IMG/VR virus record: IMGVR_UViG_3300017763_000002
Location: 1 to 64,000 of that record
Reading direction: 5' to 3' (one strand)
Length of the DNA stretch: 64,000 nucleotides
Positions within the stretch are counted from its first letter, which is position 1. Each line of letters begins with the position of its first letter. Position numbers and translations under genes: made by a program. The notes beneath the pieces were generated by a model. The model ran no database searches. It was not told the origin of the DNA and saw only the letters and a list, made by a program, of their open reading frames with translations. Below, piece after piece: positions 58,622 to 64,000 of this stretch.

Positions 58622-59889
58622 TATGATAAAAGTTCTCGTATAATTTTCCCATCGTGCGCAACCTTAAACGGTCTGCCGCTTGGAGAAAAAGTTATTTTTC
58701 TTGTGTCTAATCCCATCGCATATGCTATAGTTGCATTTAGATCTTCCATGCCAACCCCGCCTTCTTCTACGTAGTGGGCTCGTTCATCAGAGGCTCCATG
58801 TACAAACCCAGACTTAATCCCACCGCCTGCAAGTAGGGCGCTAAATGAAGAGGGGTGATGGTCTCTGCCAATTCTTCCAGGTTTTACTTCAGGAGTCCTG
58901 CCAAATTCACTTGCGACAACAACCATAGTTTCAGATAATAACCCTCTTACGTCTAGATCTTCTAGTAATGTAGAAAGCGCTTGGTCTAAAGTCGCTCCAC
59001 GAGTTTCCATAGCGCCAAAAACGTCATTATGCATATCCCAACCGCCGAGTATTACTTCAATAAATCTTACATTATTTTCAACTAATCTTCTAGCTAAAAG
59101 ACAACCCTGTCCAAAGTTGTTATCTCCATAAGATTCTCTAGTTTTTTCGTTTTCCTTTGTCAAGTCAAAAGCTTCTAAATCTTTGCTCTGCATTAACTTG
59201 ACTGCATCATCGTATAGATCTGTATAAGCTCTAACTCTTTTTTGTGGAAAGTCAGATAAAAAATCATCGTTAAATGCTTTAGCAACATCTAGTCTTTGGT
59301 TGTATAAGTTTTGATCTAAATAGTCAGATTTTTGTACATTTTGTATGCCTGCGCTAGGATTTCCTAGCGGAAGCGGCCCGTATCTTTTTTCGAAATATCC
59401 TGCGCCTAAAATATTGCTTCCACCATTAACTCTAACATTAGCTGGTAAATTGGCGTTTGCGTTCCCTCTCATTTTTGTAATCCAGCTTCCAAGAGTTGGG
59501 TGAATTATAGTTCCTCTTTTTTGGTAGCTTGTGTGAAGTAAATAATTAGCCTGTTCGTGAGCGCCCTGGTTTGTATTGAGAGATCGAAGCAAGGAAGCTC
59601 TATGCATTTGAGAAGCGGTTTTTGGCAGCCAATGCCCAAGCTGTATTCCATGAGCAGAAGAGTCGATTGCATTTGTTTCTCCCATAACATCTGAATTTTC
59701 GGGCTTAGGGTCAAAAGTGTCAATGTGCGTCATCCCTCCTCCCATATATAAGAATATTACGCTTTTCGCTTTGGGTATAACGTCAGGTGTATTTAGCGCT
59801 AATAGTTCTTTTGAGCCAATTATAGCATTAACACCTAACAAGCCTTTGGCGAGGCCAGCGACAAAACTTCTTCTACTTATATCGTTCAT
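58621..59889 (-). CDS. DUF1501 family protein with Tat-like signal
   Basis: ISRRSFVAGL, AKSVIFLYMGGGMTHIDTFDPKP, FGQGCLLARRLVENNVRFIEV, GWDMH, LLEDLDVRGLL, SEFGRTP, GRDHHP and GGIKSG motifs; GTGTA-11nt-ATG. Confidence 0.92.
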   Translation of the reverse strand: MNDISRRSFVAGLAKGLLGVNAIIGSKELLALNTPDVIPKAKSVIFLYMGGGMTHIDTFDPKPENSDVMGETNAIDSSAHGIQLGHWLPKTASQMHRASLLRSLNTNQGAHEQANYLLHTSYQKRGTIIHPTLGSWITKMRGNANANLPANVRVNGGSNILGAGYFEKRYGPLPLGNPSAGIQNVQKSDYLDQNLYNQRLDVAKAFNDDFLSDFPQKRVRAYTDLYDDAVKLMQSKDLEAFDLTKENEKTRESYGDNNFGQGCLLARRLVENNVRFIEVILGGWDMHNDVFGAMETRGATLDQALSTLLEDLDVRGLLSETMVVVASEFGRTPEVKPGRIGRDHHPSSFSALLAGGGIKSGFVHGASDERAHYVEEGGVGMEDLNATIAYAMGLDTRKITFSPSGRPFKVAHDGKIIRELLS

Positions 59890-59905
59890 AACATATTATA
59901 TACAC

Positions 59906-61948
59906 TTATTTAATAAAAATAAACTCATGAGAATTCAATAAAATCCAAGATACATGCTTGAATCCATCTGGTTTTTCAATGATATTTTTTAAAGCATTAA
60001 ATTCTCTAGTCGTTGGTTTTCTGGCTAATATCGAAAGAAAAACGCTTTCAATCTGTTTATTTTTTGATTTTTCTGATTGCATTTGCTCCATAAAATCTGC
60101 GTCTTTTTTACGTAAGATGTTTGTCTCCACGAAGCCATTCAGCAGACTTAAAACCTGCGGGGTATTTGGCTCTTTACTGCTATTATCTATCTGCTCTCTA
60201 TCTGAACCGCCAAACTGCCGTATAAGGTGCCCTCCTGGGGCTGGAGAGCTAAGGTAGCTACTTCTCACTAGCTGGCGGTCGGGGAATTTATTATTAGAAT
60301 ACTGATGTTCGTCTATTAGTTTTATAAAATTTCTTTCTCCGGGGTTTTCGTCAGCGAGTTTTTTGATATCTTGATAAATTTCTTGACCCGACATGTCTTT
60401 ATACCTATTGAATATTGGTGAATAGTCAGGTTGATTATGAAGGTAAAATCTTTTTTGACTGTCGATATCATTGTAAACTAGAGTAACTAAAGAGTCCCAT
60501 AACTGCTCTCCTGTCATGCGTCTGAGTATTGGCCCTTCAAAATTATATTCTTCTAGACTTTTGTAGTCAGCTTTTTTTGACTGTCTTTGGAAAAGTTTTG
60601 TATTAAGTAAAATTTTTTGGTATTCTCTGATGTCGTAGTTCACACTAACAAAAATGCGCTCTAAGTATTTCATGAGAGTTTCATTACTCGAAAGAGTTTT
60701 ATCTGACATTGTATCTATTGGTTCGATTAGTCCTGCGCCAAAAATTTGCTTCCATATTCTATTTGCAATCATGGTGGTGAACCTTGGGTTATCTTTGCTT
60801 GTTATCCATTCTGCTAAAATTTTTCTGCTTTTAGGGTCAGACGCTTTAGGGTCAAATATAGGTTTGGGGGTAAAAATCGCTTTAGCATAAACTGTATCAC
60901 CAGGTTTGCCATTTGATTCCGCAAAATCTCTGGGCAGTTTTATTTGGCCAGTGCCATTACTTTCTATCCCAAATATTAAAGAGTCTCTGATTTGGTTTCT
61001 CCAGTTATTGAATAAACCCGCCCTTGAATCTGCATCCTTATTGATCTCAGAACTTAACTTGCCGATTTCTCTACCAGCAGAATTAACTCTTACATTGCCA
61101 ATGCCAGAGGTGAATGCTGTCATTTCATAAAATTCTTTTTGTGTCCAGCGGTCAAAAGGATGGTCATGGCACATAGCACACTGCAGTCTTGTCCCTAAAA
61201 ATATTCTTATGGTGTGGGAAAGATTGTCGGCTTGCATGCCTCTATCTCTTAAGAAGTAACTAACTGCTGCGCTTTCTTTTGTTTCGAATATTCTACCTGT
61301 ACTTGACACTAATTCTGTAACAATTTGATCGTAGGTTTTGCCTTCTCTTAAAGATTCTCTTAACCATTTTCTATAAACCGCTCCAACGTTAATATTAGTT
61401 CCGTTTACTCTATCTTTTATCCTGAGCATGTCGCTCCACCAATTCATTTGATGGCTCACATAACCTTCAGAGTTAAGTAATTTTAAAACGAGGCTTTGTC
61501 GAGGATTAGGCGTTCTGTCGCTTTCAAATTCTTCTATCTCTTTTTGTGTGGGGATTCTACCTATTAAAGTAAGATAAGTACGTCTAATATATACCGAGTC
61601 TTCTATGTCTTTAGTTTTTTGAATTCTTTTTTCTCGTAAGTTTTGCTCGATTAAAGAGTCAATGTATGATGAATAAATTTTTAAAGTCTTATTATCTAAT
61701 GGGGTTTTAACTTGAGGTATTTGGCTGTACCTATTTTCTGAATGATAAAGCTCAATTTGTTTTTGAGTGTCTTGTGTTAACATTGACGTTTTGAATCTAA
61801 ATTGTTGAAGATCTTCAGCTCTCTGTATGATTACATGAGTTTCATTAGCTTCTAATATTTTTGCGTCAAGACTTTTGCCATTATTGAAATATAATTTATC
61901 AGCAAAACAAAAAGATGTAGATAGTAATAATAGTATTGATATTTTCAT
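59906..61948 (-). CDS. secreted SHD1-like + DUF1549 + DUF1553 (PSD1-type) protein
   Basis: Signal peptide; YIRRTYLTLIGRIPT, LQCAMCHDHPFDRWTQKEFY, LAEWITSKDNPRFTTMIANRIWKQIFGAGLIEPID, RRMTGEQLWDSL and SWILLNSHEFIF motifs. Confidence 0.9.
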   Translation of the reverse strand: MKISILLLLSTSFCFADKLYFNNGKSLDAKILEANETHVIIQRAEDLQQFRFKTSMLTQDTQKQIELYHSENRYSQIPQVKTPLDNKTLKIYSSYIDSLIEQNLREKRIQKTKDIEDSVYIRRTYLTLIGRIPTQKEIEEFESDRTPNPRQSLVLKLLNSEGYVSHQMNWWSDMLRIKDRVNGTNINVGAVYRKWLRESLREGKTYDQIVTELVSSTGRIFETKESAAVSYFLRDRGMQADNLSHTIRIFLGTRLQCAMCHDHPFDRWTQKEFYEMTAFTSGIGNVRVNSAGREIGKLSSEINKDADSRAGLFNNWRNQIRDSLIFGIESNGTGQIKLPRDFAESNGKPGDTVYAKAIFTPKPIFDPKASDPKSRKILAEWITSKDNPRFTTMIANRIWKQIFGAGLIEPIDTMSDKTLSSNETLMKYLERIFVSVNYDIREYQKILLNTKLFQRQSKKADYKSLEEYNFEGPILRRMTGEQLWDSLVTLVYNDIDSQKRFYLHNQPDYSPIFNRYKDMSGQEIYQDIKKLADENPGERNFIKLIDEHQYSNNKFPDRQLVRSSYLSSPAPGGHLIRQFGGSDREQIDNSSKEPNTPQVLSLLNGFVETNILRKKDADFMEQMQSEKSKNKQIESVFLSILARKPTTREFNALKNIIEKPDGFKHVSWILLNSHEFIFIK

Positions 61949-62397
61949 AGTTTTTTTATAATGTTTACGATCTCTTCATCCATTGGTGTTGGTAGGGTAT
62001 CTATGTATTGGCTTTTAAAATACCCGCATTCAGTGTGCTCGTAATCTAAATTGATAGTTTCCATTCTTTCTAGTGGATATTCAAATAGCGACAAGTCTCT
62101 AATTCTTGACAAAATTTTTAATTTATTTTCATCTATAATTAAACCTGTCTCTTCTAAAACTTCCCTGCATGCCGCTTTCTCGAGAGATTCTCCAGCTTCT
62201 ACTGCTCCACAAAATGGAGACCAGTAACCTCCGAATGGAACTTTAAAATTATTATGTGGGCATACTTCAATTCTCTTAGCTAAAACCACTAACTGACCAA
62301 GCCTTAGAATAACCCCTACATTAGTTGATGATCTAAAGTTCGAAGTCGTTATGTCTGCACTGGAATGATGGGCATCCGCTATATTGTCTTTTTTCAA
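61945..62397 (-). CDS. NUDIX hydrolase (start uncertain)
   Basis: Nudix box GAVEAGESLEKAACREVLEETGL. Confidence 0.9.
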   Translation of the reverse strand: MKKDNIADAHHSSADITTSNFRSSTNVGVILRLGQLVVLAKRIEVCPHNNFKVPFGGYWSPFCGAVEAGESLEKAACREVLEETGLIIDENKLKILSRIRDLSLFEYPLERMETINLDYEHTECGYFKSQYIDTLPTPMDEEIVNIIKKL

Positions 62398-63406
62398 TTG
62401 TAAATCCTTTCTCTAATTTTTGATCTAATGAATCTTTGTCTTCTGGGTATACACTTTTTTTGATGCTTCCCTCTTCATCCAAAAGCACATAGTACTCAAA
62501 AGGTTTACGGAACTGACATATGTAGGCTTTGATTGGGCTTCCATCTTTATCTAAAACTTCCTTACCCTTAGACATCTTGTAGCCATCTTTACCGCAAGAC
62601 AAAGGCCCTCCAAATGTGCCGTCTTTAGGGTAAGACTGATCTGAAGCAAAATTGGATTTTGCATTATTTTCTGAAAAATTTTCTAAATAATTCTGTACGC
62701 CAGACAGCTCATACTCAAACCCCTCAAGAACATCATCTGATAATTCTTTCATTTTTATTACTCCTGGGCCAGATTCACCCAGCATATCTTTTTCTAGAAC
62801 AAATTTTAAAAACAAAAACTCACTAATACTTTTATACTTTGGGTATAATTTTTTAATCGCTAGACAATACATTAAGTCTTGCATGTTGTCGCTGATTTCC
62901 TTGCCTTTAAATTTTTGCTTGCTTGATTTGAAGTCTCTTATTATTGCGGATCCGTCTGCGTAAAGAAATAATTTATCGATAAACCCTCTTATGTTATATC
63001 TTTTTTCTCCTTCTTCAATCTGTAAATTAAACTCTTTTTCGGAGAAAGACTTGTCGAGTTTTCCTGGGTCTTTTCCGAAAAAATCGTAGTTTAAACCGTT
63101 GACTACCATTTTGTTTATGTCATCTAGGCTTTCTTGGTTAAAAACGCTTAAGCGCTTTGCATGTTTGTGTACCATTTTTTCGATAGAAGGAACGCACCAA
63201 ATAGTTTGCTCTTTGATTATTAAATCAAAATATTTTTTCCTTCTTACGTTTCCAAGCACTTCAAAAATAAGGTGACATATCCATCCTTTTGATGCGCCAT
63301 CATTGCTTTTGTCTGGAAGTTTTAATACGTACTTGGCCCAATATAACCAAGAACATTGTTGCGCAGTTTTAATTCTGCTGGCGGATAGGAAAATGGGTTT
63401 TTTCAT
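62333..63406 (-). CDS. PD-(D/E)xK nuclease (RecB/Cas4-like exonuclease)
   Basis: LSASRIKT...C, GWICH, RGFIDKL and IIRDFKSSK motifs; C-terminal cysteines. Confidence 0.85.
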   Translation of the reverse strand: MKKPIFLSASRIKTAQQCSWLYWAKYVLKLPDKSNDGASKGWICHLIFEVLGNVRRKKYFDLIIKEQTIWCVPSIEKMVHKHAKRLSVFNQESLDDINKMVVNGLNYDFFGKDPGKLDKSFSEKEFNLQIEEGEKRYNIRGFIDKLFLYADGSAIIRDFKSSKQKFKGKEISDNMQDLMYCLAIKKLYPKYKSISEFLFLKFVLEKDMLGESGPGVIKMKELSDDVLEGFEYELSGVQNYLENFSENNAKSNFASDQSYPKDGTFGGPLSCGKDGYKMSKGKEVLDKDGSPIKAYICQFRKPFEYYVLLDEEGSIKKSVYPEDKDSLDQKLEKGFTIEKRQYSGCPSFQCRHNDFEL

Positions 63407-63999
63407 AAAATTGATTTAATGTTTTTTGATAGATTAGCGCTAAGCTTTCCGCTTCGCGACATTTGTTTACAAGCAGATTTTATTTCAGACAAAGAATCGT
63501 ATTGAATACAAGATTGCAAGTTGTCTTTCCAGCTGATAAATTCATTAGAATTCATATCTCCAAAATCATTTTGTAATGGTTGGTGAATTTTAATTTTACT
63601 TGGCATAAATAAATGAGATATCATTTTTAAAAAATTCTTATAGGAGGCTTCTAGGCCTCGATTATCTTTAGATAAAGCGTCATTATTAAGCGATAATACT
63701 ATGTGGCTAGGGTTAATAAATGTTAGATAATTTAATAGTTTCTTAGAAAGATCTAGCCCGAAAGAAACTAAAACGTTATGTATTCCGTGCGTTTTTAAAT
63801 TTAATAAATCCCCAATACTTTCTACGATAATTACATGCCCGCAATCGCTGATTGATTGTTCTGTTAAAGGGTCTGCGAAAGCAGGATAAACCCAATTGCT
63901 TTTTCTACCTATGTGCTTCCATTTGGGTCTGCTGTCATTGTTATAAATATCTCTGCCAGAAAAACCATGTATTTGTTTATTTTCATTAAAAATTGGAAA
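63403..63999 (-). CDS. dnaG: DnaG-like primase, C-terminal part (5' end outside window)
   Basis: The frame is open to the window edge: PIFNENKQIHGFSGR, KWKHIG, TOPRIM IIVESIGD, LSLNND and NDFGDM; the ORF track shows only the last 73 aa. Confidence 0.85.
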   Translation of the reverse strand, partial: FPIFNENKQIHGFSGRDIYNNDSRPKWKHIGRKSNWVYPAFADPLTEQSISDCGHVIIVESIGDLLNLKTHGIHNVLVSFGLDLSKKLLNYLTFINPSHIVLSLNNDALSKDNRGLEASYKNFLKMISHLFMPSKIKIHQPLQNDFGDMNSNEFISWKDNLQSCIQYDSLSEIKSACKQMSRSGKLSANLSKNIKSIL

Positions 64000-64000
64000 C

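Noticed and set aside
51332-61948. Interpretation of the right end as bacterial chromosome (clpC, dnaE, DUF1501)
   Set aside because: These genes are interleaved with phage-type genes, share the phage promoter motifs and gene density, and abut the capsid operon; chimerism is unlikely but should be checked with reads.
62333-63406. Cas4 or a CRISPR-Cas system
   Set aside because: It is a stand-alone PD-(D/E)xK nuclease in a replication operon, with no array and no other cas genes in the window.
1-64000. tRNA, rRNA, tmRNA or IS/transposase genes
   Set aside because: I found no convincing T-arm (GTTCRA) cloverleaf, no rRNA-like tract and no transposase motif by eye; a tRNAscan-SE/Infernal run would be needed to exclude divergent copies.

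Overview
A 64 kb slice of a large, AT-rich tailed dsDNA phage genome (Caudoviricetes). The evidence is a terminase large subunit, prohead protease/scaffold, major capsid protein, PhoH, a family C DNA polymerase, a primase and a phage sigma factor. A DUF1501 + DUF1549/DUF1553 gene pair points to a Verrucomicrobia/Planctomycetes (PVC) host (inference). Layout: (1) 1-8.55 kb, two convergent blocks of small early genes, most with their own sigma70-type promoter placed 6-8 nt before the ATG (leaderless), separated by a recurrent 77-bp double-dyad element and including several micro-ORFs missing from the ORF track; (2) 8.6 kb, a G-quadruplex-like boundary; (3) 9-18.1 kb, an APS kinase/nucleotidyltransferase fusion, Hsp20, three methyltransferases, several glycosyltransferases and a sulfotransferase; (4) 18.7-36.4 kb, one 5,895-aa ORF with CBM-like and RCC1-like repeats; (5) 37-40.7 kb, an orphan antitoxin-like gene, PhoH, a subtilase and holin-like membrane genes; (6) 40.8-51.3 kb, sigma factor, ERCC4 nuclease, TerL and head genes; (7) 51.3-64 kb on the minus strand, a ClpC-like ATPase, DnaE split into PHP, exonuclease and core genes, the DUF1501/DUF1553 pair, NUDIX, a PD-(D/E)xK nuclease and a partial primase. 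A second, single-element promoter motif (GTGTA, mostly 9-21 nt before start codons) precedes structural and accessory genes. All family assignments come from recognising motifs by eye; no database searches were run.
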